Below, piece after piece: positions 1-12,455 of a stretch of DNA of 62,000 bases (within the stretch, counting starts at the first letter, position 1; each line of letters starts with the position of its first letter). Below the pieces are notes generated by a model. The model saw only the letters and a list, made by a program, of their open reading frames with translations. It searched no databases and was not told the origin of the DNA. Source of the stretch: Octopus vulgaris (taxonomy: Eukaryota); NCBI GenBank assembly GCA_951406725.2, contig OX597826.1, positions 60,098,001 through 60,160,000 on the forward strand, in the 5' to 3' direction. Position numbers and translations under genes: made by a program.

Positions 1-18
1 TCTATAATAATATGCGTA

Positions 19-232
19 GATACATACATTGATACATACATACATGCCTACATACATACATACACACATACATACATACATACATACATACATACATACA
101 TACATACATACATACATACATACATACATGGATACATGCATACATACATGCATACATACATACACACATACATACATACATACATACATACATACATACA
201 TACATACATTCATACAAACATACATACACAAA
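19..232. repeat. (TACA)n microsatellite
   Basis: Tandem ATAC/TACA units read directly; explains ORFs 2..244, 29..259 and 136..378. Confidence 0.95.
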
Positions 233-984
233 TATGCTTCTCAAAACGAGGAAGAATAAAGCTGATTCACAGACTAGAGATCCAAGCCAACATTGGAACT
301 GTAAAATCTGTAAAACACTCTAAAAATTTGTCATTTAAGTATATAGGAGCATCTCTAGATATGCAAGTGTATTCATGAGAAGACATATACAGAACAAGAC
401 ATACAAATTTGCACGTATATAAACACACATACAGAAATACCCTATTGCTGATGTTCAAATTCCAATGTAGGAACATTTCTCTATTAGCAAGACATCTGGA
501 AATAAAATTGAATAATGACACAGAACATACACAAACATACACACACGCATGCACACATACACATATTCACACACATATTGACACATTATACATAAAGAAA
601 AACACACACACATATATTTAGAGACAAAAACGCACCATACACTTACACGCACGCATATTCACACGCAAACACACAGGAACACATACACACGCATATGTAA
701 ACTCATATATTTACATGAAGCACGACAAATACAGACAAATATGAGGAAAATATACAATTTCTGAACTCGACAGATGTTTCAGGAAGTTCGTAGTTGCGTA
801 ACAATTACAATAGTTATAATATGCAAACAAGTCACGAGTATACGACCAGTAACCAGCCATACGGAGTTATTACAATCAGCCCAGCTTTCCTCATCAAGAG
901 AAGATTGGTGAATGCGCTTCACATTATAGTGGTAAAGATTTAAACTATTGGAACCGGTTATGGTGTGTTTTTTTTTGTTCCTTC

Positions 985-1273
985 TCGAGCCACACCTGAC
1001 TTATTAAGGCCGGTTTCCCGGTTTCCTTGGCGTATAGGTTCCCCACCTGGACTGGACGCCGGTCCGGCGTCGGTGAGCTGCAACAGGCAGGAGGAAAGAG
1101 TGAAAGAAAGTTGTGGTGAACGAGTCAGCAGAAGTTCGCCATTACTTTCTGCCTAAGCCGCGTGGTGCCAAGGTGTTTTCGCTCATAAACACACACATCG
1201 CCCGGTCAGATATTCGAACCCGCGATCTCTCGACCGAGAGTCCGCTGCTCTAACCACTAGGCCATGTGTCTCC
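985..1273 (-). mobile_element. tRNA-derived SINE, family C (V-domain-like 3' region)
   Basis: Minus strand has a tRNA-like head (TGGCCTAGTGG A-box, GGTTCGAAT B-box) and a body shared with 24110-24425 and 29900-30183. Confidence 0.8.
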
Positions 1274-1564
1274 TTTCGTGTGTTTACGTCCCTCTAATTT
1301 AGTGGTTGGGAAAAGTAATTGATAGAATAAACGCCAGAATAAAAAAATACAAAAACTATGGTCGATTTGCCCAACTAAACTCTTCGAAACTAGGCCTCAG
1401 CCTGACGGAAGCCCAATGAGAGTATCAAGTGAACAATAAAAGATTAAATTCAGGTATCGATGTAAATATAGATGTATGATGACTATGAATAAACCGAAAC
1501 GTCGACGTCCTTATGAAACCTTGCCTACTAAACTTTAACACATGAAGCAAACATTATGTATGTC

Positions 1565-1950
1565 TAAGGTGGCGAACTGGCAGCAATATTAGGACGCCAG
1601 GCAAAATGCTCAGCGGCATTTCTTCTTTACTTTCTGGTTTCATATTCCACTGAAGCTGACTTTGCTTTCATCCTTTTGGGCTCCATAAATTAAGAGTCAC
1701 TTTATCACTGGTGTCGTTGTAATCGACTTAACTTTTCTCGAAGTACTGGCCTTGTGCCAAGTTTAAATCCGATAAATATAATAATATATATATAAGCCGG
1801 TGAGCTGCCAGAATCGATACCACACTGGACAAAAAATCTAAACGTCAATTTTGACTTTATACTGTGTGTTCAAATACCACCGGTGTCTTTCATCTTTTCA
1901 GCGTCGATTTAATCGACTTACCCTTTCTTTAAATTGCTGGCAGTTTGCTA
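1565..1950 (+). mobile_element. Two degenerate tandem copies of SINE family B
   Basis: GGTGGCGAACTGGCAG and GGTGAGCTGCCAG heads plus degenerate CTTTCATCCTTT and AATCGACTTA motifs matching the better copy at 42515-42745. Confidence 0.65.
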
Positions 1951-2408
1951 AAATTTGGAAACAATATATACGTATATATATACATATATACAGAAACACA
2001 TATATGTACGCATATATATTTGTATGAATCTTAATATATCATGAATATATATATTGCGTAATAATCTTAAACCTCTATTGACGAAATGTTTCCAAATTAA
2101 ACCCTTCGTAATTTGAACTCTTCGTTTTTCAGCTGAAAGACTTACCATCATAATGTCACTTGGGTTCCCATGATAAATAGCAATATGTTCGTTATAATTG
2201 ATTAAGATGCGTTCGGTTCGTAAGTCACCAAGAGACTGTCTAGGTGATAATGCGACGAACCGATATTTTTTTCGAATAGAGATAACTTTTTCAATAACTG
2301 TTATTATCAAATTATAAAGGGATTAGTAATAGCTTCAGATTTCTGAAATATGCACTGATATACATATACATATATACATACATATGTGTCTGTGTATACA
2401 TATATATG

Positions 2409-2415
2409 TATATAC

Positions 2416-2505
<90 letters not shown>
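2409..2505. repeat. (TA)n microsatellite
   Basis: Direct reading. Confidence 0.95.
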
Positions 2506-2506
<1 letters not shown>

Positions 2507-2602
2507 ACTATATATACATACACATAAAGAGATGGCTATGTTCATACAAATATATACATATGTATATGTATATATATATATATATATATTTATATATGTG
2601 TA

Positions 2603-2640
<38 letters not shown>

Positions 2641-2802
2641 TACACATATCCGTGTGTATGTGTGTGTCTGTTTGTATAAGTATATAAATTATGACATACA
2701 AATCTTCTCTTTTCCCTATTAGTATTTTATTATTCCCATTACTATAAATGTTACTACTATCACAAGTATTATTATTATTATTACTATCATTATTATTATT
2801 AC

Positions 2803-2843
<41 letters not shown>

Positions 2844-3226
2844 CCCTTATTATCATTATTATTATTGTTATTATTATTTAGACTGCAACTATTGTTAGTA
2901 AGATTTATTGAGCATAATGATCCAACATTTCCGTTTATTGCGCTGTAACGTGTTCCCTGCAATCAAATATGACATATATATCGATAGCCAGTCACGCACC
3001 TACCTGCACACGCACAGAAAATACACGAAACTATAGATATATGAGTATATCATGTGCGAGAGATAGTGAGAACAACGACGACAGAGAGAGATTCAGGTGT
3101 ACATTTGATGTATGAACTTAAAGAAATGATTAGGCACGGCTTCTATTACCATACTGATAACAGACACACACACACACGCACATTTATATGTGTGTATGTA
3201 CGTGTATGAATGCCCACAGAGAAACA

Positions 3227-3289
<63 letters not shown>

Positions 3290-3877
3290 GTGTGTGTGTA
3301 TTTATAACCACACGCACAGTCTCATACCTCTTTCAAATAAATATATATATTTATGTAGACACACATATATAGGCACACATTCTCCTGTGTATGAGCCTAT
3401 GTGTGTGTGTATACATATAAGTGAGATTTCCTTATCTTCAGTCGATCATAATAAATCATTTATCGATAACACAACCCATAAAGTGGTCTAAAATTAATTG
3501 ATCATCATTATTACTCTACATACAATGTCCTCCATTTCCTCCCCACTTCTATCGACTGTCTCTACAGCTGTCTAACAAAGAGATCTACGGAAGCCATACT
3601 TCATGGTTTAACACAGTGTAATATATATTTTTATCGCCATTACGAAGATATCATTAGCAGGAGATATTATATAGAAGTAAACGAACGAATAGCCAATTAA
3701 CTAATTTTACCTCCTCTCCTTTACTCACCCTAATTTTCACTTCATTTTTTACTGATGTGAATCTTTTCCTATTTGTCTATCTCTTTTTCATTTTTAATGT
3801 TTTCATTCTAAAATGTTCTATCTAAAAAGACACACAAACATACAAGCATACATACATACGCATATACATACGCATAT

Positions 3878-3931
<54 letters not shown>

Positions 3932-6235
3932 CAATTACATTAAATAAAATTCATCTAATGCTTTCTAATATACGCTGGGTATCAATAAGGCCTACGAGAG
4001 ACCGTGTAATATGTCAAGTGTGTACGCTACATTTTCCTGTGTATGTATGTATGTATTTATTCATGCATGAACGATGCATGTATGTGAATATGTATGTACA
4101 TTTATATTCAAGTTCTAAATTGTCTCAGTCTTGTCTCTCAATATCTGGTGATGTAGACATGTCCTTCCCTTACAGAATTTAAGCCCCGTAAATCTAAGTC
4201 AATATCATATTAAGTACGTGAAAATCACACCAAATGAGTTGAGTGTGACTTTCTATCGTCTGTTCTATTCTCTTAATTCTCTATCTCTGGTAGAACACGA
4301 GCCTCAAAAGACATATAAGCGGTCGAAAATGGTGAGACACACACTTCTGTACTCGTTGAAATCTAGATTCTTCCAGGAATCTTTATTTGACATGTTATAT
4401 CGAGAAAATGGAATATATAATCAAATGCATGCGCTGGAATACCTATTTCGTGGCGAATCTGGGCTTTAGCATATCCGTAATTCGGATTCTTATCAAGAGA
4501 ATTTCGTGAATAAAGTTCCTTGAGAAAAGTGAATCCGATATGATGAACATCATCTTTGAAAATGAAAGATAATATTTCACTATCGTTCTAATCCTTTTCC
4601 AAAAACTCTAATCTGTAAAAGTAATCACTTCAAACTATCACATAATGCATAAATTATCTCTAACAATTCAAAGAACATATACGAAACACAGAGCATAAAT
4701 GAAGCACAACATGTCATCGGTGAAGCGGCTAACTAGCAGTACGTTTCTGTACATGGAGGCGCACCATTCGCAGAAGTCTGATTTAGTCGTACTGTCTATG
4801 TAAACAACTGAACTAATATAACTAAGAGCTTTCTATCCTTAAGTAAAATCCATTTCCCAGGAATACATACATATCTTAAACACTTTACTTCTCGTTAAGT
4901 CGAGTATAGCTACTCAATGTTCCAATTTTCCACTGTAAAATATGTATAAACACGCACCACCCATTTTCACTCTCCCATGCTTAAGTATGTGAAAACATTA
5001 TACCCATTGCTCATCGTGAGGAAATTATTCCTCCAATCCTGTGATGTATAGAGACACGCTCACACCATTGAGTGTTATCCAGTGACACTACACTTATTTA
5101 TGTATGTAGTATGTAAGTACGTATGTATGTATGTATGTATGTTGCATCGAGAAAAAAATAGCTTCTTTGGTTACTCAGTTATATCATGAGTGTTCATCAT
5201 TCAGTATAAATATTCCACATACTGAATGTCGCATATGAAGAGCTGTCGGCTTTTAATATATAAATCGGTGCAAGTTAAGTTAACAAATCTGTAACTTTAA
5301 CACACCATGATTTTGGAAAAGAAATTTCTTTCAAAAAAAAGTTGGCCGAACTATTAGCGAAACTGCACAAACTTCCTAAATATCTTATAAAATAAGAAGT
5401 AATCTCATAATCTGGAATGGTTAAAATCATATAGCTTAAGAACACGACTCATATAGTGTTTAGAAATGAAAATTATATAATAGATAAATGAGATCAGTTG
5501 AAAAGTGTGCTAAATAAGAAGAAAAAACTCATTAATTATTGTTCTTATTGATAAGCTAACTAATACAAGAAATGATGATTTCAATACAATGGAAGACAGG
5601 ACCGAAATATCTCCTTAACAATACTTTAATATTTCTTATATTGCCTGGAGCATCGCCTCGTCCATAAGATGATTAACGTCTAATAACTAATGAAATAGAT
5701 TCATCTTTTGTTTAGAAATGAAGATTTTGAAATTGAAATCCATTCTGAGACAATTCAAATAATCAGGAAGAGATGATATGAAAGATGATCGCAGATCGAA
5801 CCGATCAAGATGCTGTTTAAAAAGCAATACAAATGATGAGGTTAATAGAGGGGAAATATTTAATAATTGCTCTATCTTATAACAGACGTTCAGACATATA
5901 GATGACCTATATATGCTATATTTATAGTAATTCTTTGAAATATTCAGAAGACATTATCAGTTAATTATCAATTCTCACCTGGCTGTCTATTAAAATTGGT
6001 TTCTAATTTTCGCGTGATATTTTAGTAACGTTCCATTCAAATTGGTAGCACTTTCATAAATTATTTAACACAGAAAGAGAAAAAGGAGGGAGCAGAAGAA
6101 AGTCCAGGGAAGATAAATGTCTGTGTATGTATGTATATGTATATGTGTCTGTGGGTGTGTGTACATCACTTCAAACACTCTATAAATATATATATGTTAT
6201 ATGTTATATTATATATACATATATACATAAATACA

Positions 6236-6304
<69 letters not shown>

Positions 6305-6349
6305 GTGTATCTATCTATCTATTTATTTATATATTCACTTATCTATTTG

Positions 6350-6403
<54 letters not shown>

Positions 6404-6560
6404 TCGATTAGACGTTGTGTTAACCTAGTGAAAGGATGGTTTCATACAAGGAGATGCTGGTTCAATACCTAGTATTTTAGGGGAATCAATTTCCTTAAAA
6501 TAATATATAAAACATATAGTTTATATTTATATACAAAAAGAAAAAGAAAATGGAGATTGA

Positions 6561-6851
6561 GAATTGTTGTATACTGTCAATCTAACATGAACGTGACAGT
6601 AGGGGGGGGTACACCACCGCTGTTTAGTCCTAGGAAACATCGACGCCTCCTGATGGCTTTGACACATTTTTCCTGTGTCCTTATATACATTTACGAAGGT
6701 GAGACAAACACCCGTAAATGTCAATGTATATAAGGACACAGGAAAAATGTGTCAAAGCCGTCAGGAGGCGTCGATGCTTCCTAGGGCTAAACAGCGGTGG
6801 TGTACCCCCATACTGTCACGTTCATGTTACATTGACAGTATACAACCATTC
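6561..6851. repeat. Long inverted repeat, ~130-bp arms with a 31-nt apex; probable PLE-derived fold-back
   Basis: 6561-6691 is the reverse complement of 6723-6851 with only a few mismatches or indels. Confidence 0.9.
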
Positions 6852-7092
6852 TATCGCCCCACCACCGTACGTTTATTATCAACAGCAAATTAACCATCAT
6901 CCCTTACAGCTGTTTCATTTAAATTCAATTAATACTCAATAAATAAACATTAAAATAATATGGCCTGAGCATAATATTTTTAGAGGTAAAAATAACATAC
7001 CTTTGGATGTTTTATATGTATTTATGGATTCATTATAGTAGACTGTATGATTAAGCTAATGTTGATAAATTTGCTGTTAATATTAAACAGCA

Positions 7093-7285
7093 GGAGGCGC
7101 AGGAGTGGCTCATAGGCGCATGAGTGGCTGTGTGGTAAGTAGCTTGTTAACCAACCACATGGTTCCGGGTTCAGTCCCACTGCATGGCATCTTGGGCAAG
7201 TGTCTTCTGCTATAGCCCCGGGCCGACCAATACCTTGTGAGTGGATTTGGTAGACGGAAACTGAAAGAAATCTGTCATACATATG

Positions 7286-7320
<35 letters not shown>

Positions 7321-7510
7321 ATGTGTCTGTGTTTGTCCCCCTAGCATTGCTTGACAACCGATGCTGGTGTGTTTATGTCCCCGTCACTTAGCGGTTCGGG
7401 CTTACAAAGAATAAGTCCCGGGGTCGATTTGCTCGACTAAAGGCGGTGCTCCAGCATGGCCGCAGTCAAATGACTGAAACAAGTAAAAGAGTAAAATAGT
7501 AAAAGAGTAA
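7093..7510 (+). mobile_element. tRNA-derived CORE-like SINE, family A, full length with internal microsatellite
   Basis: Head GGAGTGGCT..GTGGTAAG (partly duplicated), B-box GGTTCAGTCCC, CORE-like ..CTTGGGCAAGTGTCTTC, internal (TA)/(TG), tail GGCGGTGCTCCAGCATGGCCGCAG...GTAAAAGAGT. More than 10 copies in the window. Confidence 0.9.
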
Positions 7511-8477
7511 CCCTTCTATCCATGGATCTGTTTAGGTAGTTGTTGCTAGTGAGCTGTTTACTAGGCTCGAATGAAAATCTCACTTCAACCTATTTTAGTC
7601 GCCTTTTCCCACACACAGAGGACACGTTATAGAGGGAACGTTGGGTCCATTCTTTGGCATGCCGGTCTACCAAAAAACACAAATGAAACAATATTAAATT
7701 AAAATCGCCAACAGTTTATTATACAAGATATGTATACATTACCCAATCTCCATTTTCTTCTTCTTTTATATATATATACACACAGTGGAGTGGTAGTGTT
7801 ATCTTGAAGCATTGTCTCATATATATATAAGCACTCTTAATTATATTTCTTACTGTAGCTTCAATGAAAACATAGATGTCTTCGGTGTGGCATTTCTGTA
7901 GTTTTTTTTTTTTTTCTGCCGGAGGATCCTTAGCATAGAAGCTTTCTTTAGTGAATATCTGTTATTATCTAATAGCACTTCCGATGTAGAATTCGTGTCA
8001 TTTGTTACAAGTGATTTTAGATACACACTTCGATCATTGATATATATCTGCAATTTTCATCGGGCAGTTGGGCAGTGTACACATGGCGTTTCTGTTGTCT
8101 TGTTTTGTTTTTAGATAGGATTCTCTACAGAGAAAATCCCGTGTTTTCCAGTCGTACTTTCAATCTCTCTCAATGAAAAGCACGGCCGATTGCAGCAGTG
8201 GACTTTTTTCATTAACATGCGGCATTTTAATGATAAGTGTTACCCGTTGACTTATGAATTCTCTTACTCTGTCTGATGATGCCCTGGCATTTAGTGATAG
8301 AATATGAGTAGCTCCTCAGGATCTTCATAAATTTTTAGGTTGCCTGTATTTTTGCTTCCTGCCTCACAATATTTACAGTGTATCCTACAAATCTACTTTC
8401 TAAAGCAGCCAATATTCGCTTTGGTGTGATGTTACGTAAAAAATGTAATTATATATATACATATATCAACATCATCA

Positions 8478-8690
8478 TTAAGTGTCTTAAATCCGTGTTT
8501 TGACCCCGTTAACGGGAGTGGCTGGATCTACCTCAATTGCCATAGCAACCGATGTAGGCAGGCACATCCTCTCTCCACCTTTGGGATGTCTGGTTCCCAT
8601 TCTCTTTTACTATCATGAGGCTTTTTAGAGCTGGATTTTCTATGGGGAACATCCTTTTGCTTACACCCAACCTCAGTTTCTAGACATGAG
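8478..8690 (-). mobile_element. 3' end of an RTE-tailed retroposon (LINE or SINE)
   Basis: Minus strand ends ...CCCGTTAACGGGGTCAAAACACGGATTTAAGACACTTAATGATGATG, a (GAT)n tail of the RTE type. Family assignment is by resemblance only. Confidence 0.45.
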
Positions 8691-8965
8691 CGATCCCGAG
8701 ACCAAGGTTCTACCACGATCTTTACTCCCCGTAAACCTTTTCGGAGACTGCCCCTATATTATATATTTATATGTAAGGTATATGTTAGAGGTGTTAAGCC
8801 CTCTAAGGGATAGAAATATCCCTAATTTACGGCTTCCTCTGCGAAGATACGAACTACCCACAACCTATGTTAGTGACATATAGGTCCTATTAACCACGCC
8901 GGATATCTCTAATTAGGGATAACTCCCTCAGATTACACCGGTGGTCAACTAGCTGATCAAGCAGA

Positions 8966-9322
8966 CACGTGGAAGTCATTGATGTGAAACAGGCAGGTTT
9001 TTGTATTTTGGCGTGACGTCAGCATGCACAATATCATTTGGGAAATACTGTTTGAATAATTTTTGCGGCGCTGTAGTAATTAAAATTAGGATTTTTTGAA
9101 ACGATCTCACGAATCAGAGCCTATCTTGTGGTCTGTTTTTGTGATTTATCTCTGGAGTGCTTCAATTCATATAAGTTATTTCGTGTAATGAGCCCAAGCT
9201 GAAGTAGAGAATAGAAGGATAATGCCAGGAGCGTTTCAAGACCGAAAACCTATAAGGATCCTGGAACTCGCCATACGTACAAGGCCAACATTTCTGAAAT
9301 TGTCAACGATATTATGGTGAGA
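8966..9322 (+). promoter_or_regulatory. Candidate promoter plus first exon (E-box, CRE, ATG, GT donor)
   Basis: CACGTG 8966-8971, TGACGTCA 9014-9021, ATG 9222, open frame MPGAFQDRKPIRILELAIRTRPTFLKLSTIL to the donor TG|GTGAGA at 9316/9317. Peptide not recognised. Confidence 0.25.
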
Positions 9323-9740
9323 CATAGTTAATTAATTCCTGCGTTACTTATTCATCTTGATTAAAGTGCTCTCATTAATTATTTCAGAACTAATAAATTA
9401 TTAGCTTTAATTAAGGGGACTCTAGCTTATTATAATTCATGACATATAATGCAACGATTTGCGTCTAACTTCTATAACTATCTCTGTACTCCTCCAAACA
9501 CTCACGATACGTAGTCACAACAATATTAGTGATGATAACTATTAGAATAAGAAACGAGACAGAACTTAATGTAGCGATAACAATAACAGTTTAGCAAAAG
9601 GCAAGCAAGAAATTTCAGTTGAGTGTTTTAGTTTATTATTTCGTCTCCAGTGTTCAACTGATACTTATTTTATCCATTTTATGAAAGGATGAAAGGCAAA
9701 CAATGTAATCACATATTTACGAAAAAACTAAAATGATATA

Positions 9741-9897
9741 TAGGCGCAGTAGTGGCTCAGTGGTAAGCTTGCTTCCTAAGGGAATACTTCCGGAGCCAAT
9801 CCCATTGCGTAGCACTTTGGGCAAGTGTTCCTACTATAAACTCAGGCCGACCAAATCCTTGTGAATTGATTTGGTAGACGGAAAGTGAAAGACGCCG

Positions 9898-9972
<75 letters not shown>

Positions 9973-10285
9973 GAAAATAGAGATAAATTAGAGATAGAGA
10001 TAAATTAATAATTATTCATTGATTACAAAATTTGATACCACATATATATGTATATACGTGTGTGTGTGAGAGAGAGAGAGTGTTTGTGTCCGTGTATGTC
10101 GCCCCAACTGATGTTGGTGTGTTTACGACAACCGATGTCGGTGTGTTTACGTCACCGTAACTTACCAGTTCGGCAAAAGCGCCGTAGAATAAGTATTAGG
10201 CTTATAAAGAATAAGTCCTGGGGCCAATTTGATGAACTAAAGTTAGTGTTCCAGGATGGCCGCAGTCATTTGACTGAAAGAAGTA
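9741..10285 (+). mobile_element. SINE family A, degenerate, with expanded internal (TA)n
   Basis: Head 9741-9897, (TA)n 9899-9970, 3' half 10090-10285 matching other copies. Confidence 0.8.
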
Positions 10286-10329
10286 AAAATTATAAGAATG
10301 ATAATGATGATAATAATATTAACAATGAT

Positions 10330-11345
10330 AGCGGTTACAATAAGTCACGATTAAAAGAAATAGCAAATGAAATAACAAAGATAGTTAAACTCACGCATTC
10401 TTTCAACAAGCACAATACAACATGTGACAGAATTTCTTTAGTAGTTAACGGGTACCGAAATTTCGCTGGCATTTCAAAAGTGTTGTATGAAAGTTACCAG
10501 CATGTGGCGGAAAAATATTCTCCTTTCAAACAGATATTTTCACAGCCGCCTATTGTATCCTTTAGACGGAATAAGAATATAAGAGAATTATTGACCACTT
10601 TTTCGAACTCCAAGAAAACAAACGTTGGAGTACCTGCACGCTTCACCGTGAAAAACAGTCTCAAGATATGTAAGTTCATTGAGCAATAACATGAGTGAAG
10701 TGAATTCCATCAGGTATCATATCAGAAATATTCTGATTTATACAGATGGTGGAAACATGTAGAGATTCCCATTTGATGTACGCAGCAGAATGCACCAAAA
10801 ACAACATGATTTATGTTGATTGTACAACAGAACAATTAAACAAAAAAATTAGTGGGCACAGATATGACGTCAGGCATAATAACAGTAGTTTGACATAACT
10901 TGCTGAATACTTTGCTTCAAGCGGCTGCAATTTTGAAAAAAACTTGAAAGTGTATATTCTCAGAAAATATTCCGAATCTGTTTCACTTTCACTTCTCAAA
11001 ATGCATGAGGAGAAATATATTTACGACTTATTAACATCATGCCTTGAAGGACCGAATAAAATAACAGGAAAATATAATCGAATTTACACAAAACTGTTTT
11101 ATTAAATATTCTTTTTCATTTTCCTTTCCTTTTTTCTTTACTCTTCTTTTTTTTGCCTTTTTGTTTCCGTCTGTTATAAAATTGAAACTTAAAGACGGAT
11201 GGTGTCATTCCATCAACGTGAGGACGCTGCTTGCTCTCATTCACAGTTTAGATTTGAATTTCTATAATTTTGAATTTTTTTCACTTTTTATTTTGAACTC
11301 GACAAAGACAGGCTTGCTGTTGAAATATCGTTCAACCAATAAAAT
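10330..11345 (+). mobile_element. Penelope-like retroelement 3' remnant: post-RT linker, GIY-YIG endonuclease (disrupted), 3' pseudo-LTR
   Basis: QPPIVSFRRNKNIRELL (PLE linker motif) in ORF 10048..10689. In another frame 10770-11105 reads HLMYAAECTKNNMIYVDCTTEQLNKKISGHRYDVRH...*...MHEEKYIYDLLTSCLEGPN, the GIY-YIG pattern, with a stop and a frameshift. HHR relic and AATAAA follow. Confidence 0.85.
11293..11335 (+). ncRNA. Degenerate minimal type-I hammerhead ribozyme in the PLE pseudo-LTR
   Basis: TTGAAC-TCGACAA-A-GACAG-GCTTG-CTGTT-GAAA-TATC-GTTCAA: 6-bp stem I, stem II, GAAA, palindromic ATAT stem III, AUC site. Core deviates from CUGANGA. Confidence 0.6.
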
Positions 11346-11388
11346 ATCTATTGCAATCGCATCGCACGCTTCGTCTTGTCTGTTATTT

Positions 11389-11389
11389 C

Positions 11390-11473
<84 letters not shown>

Positions 11474-11508
11474 CATTATTATTAATATCATTATTATTAT
11501 TATTATTA

Positions 11509-11595
<87 letters not shown>
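11389..11595. repeat. (TTA)n microsatellite, ~65 units
   Basis: Direct reading; explains the poly-L, poly-I and poly-N ORFs. Confidence 0.95.
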
Positions 11596-11602
<7 letters not shown>

Positions 11603-12394
11603 CTGTACCATTCACAACATTGCCAGTATGATTGTTATTACTATCACCAATATCATTATTTTCCCTGTTATAATTCGTAAATTGATTGGTTGTTATAAAG
11701 CTTTTATTAATACTAAGATCGCCTTAATATTAGGCTAGCATAGCTAATTTCACTATCTAATTCACGGTTTCTATTAACTTGAGATTTTCCCTTATTGCTA
11801 ACCGATCTTTCTGTTATCCATAAAGCTCTTTTTACTATTCCAATTAGAATATCCCTCATTATTTTTACTTTATTATTATGGTGATCGCTATTATTCTTTA
11901 TCCCTTTCAATCACTTTTGCATCTTTATCGCTATTTTTAATCTCACCATTACGAACATAATGAATTTTCTCCTCATAAGCTTCTTCAGCTAAAGCTAAAT
12001 TACAGTATTTCTTGTTTCGCTTAAATATTCTTTCATTTACTTAAAGTTTACGGATTCTAAGGAGGGACCTTCTAGGCATAAAATTTATATGTAATTTTCG
12101 AAGAGTGGATATTCGTCTCACATTTATGGGGCTCCCATTTCATTTGTGGTACGCAGTATCAAACCACAGACTAACGTACAAAGTAACATTCAGAAAGTTT
12201 ACTTTATTATACTCATTCTCCATGGAGATGAATAGACATGAGCTCTTACAAAACATTTTTCTTATATGTTTCTAAGATGAGCTTATTATAACTATTATAA
12301 CTATGAATAGTTAACAAAGCCTCGTCCCTACATAACCTCCCATGCAAATGCAGGAAATTCCCTATTTAAACATTGTCATATATATATGTATATA

Positions 12395-12455
<61 letters not shown>

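Noticed and set aside
1485-1505. CCGAAACGTCGAC resembling an HHR 3' half
   Set aside because: Upstream core and stem II are too degenerate to support a call.
7093-7200. tRNA genes at SINE heads (here and in all other SINE copies)
   Set aside because: A- and B-boxes are present, but there is no complete cloverleaf or acceptor stem and they run into repeated SINE bodies.
8274-8295. Other CTGATGA motifs (8274, ~12948, ~52324, and 36594 on the minus strand) as hammerheads
   Set aside because: No stem II followed by GAAA and NUH could be built.
10048-10689. 213-aa ORF as an intact gene
   Set aside because: Chimera of (GT/GA)n, a SINE-A 3' half and the PLE linker; it stops before the frameshifted endonuclease.
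10864-10871. Second TGACGTCA (CRE)
   Set aside because: Inside the PLE coding remnant; chance frequency is sufficient.
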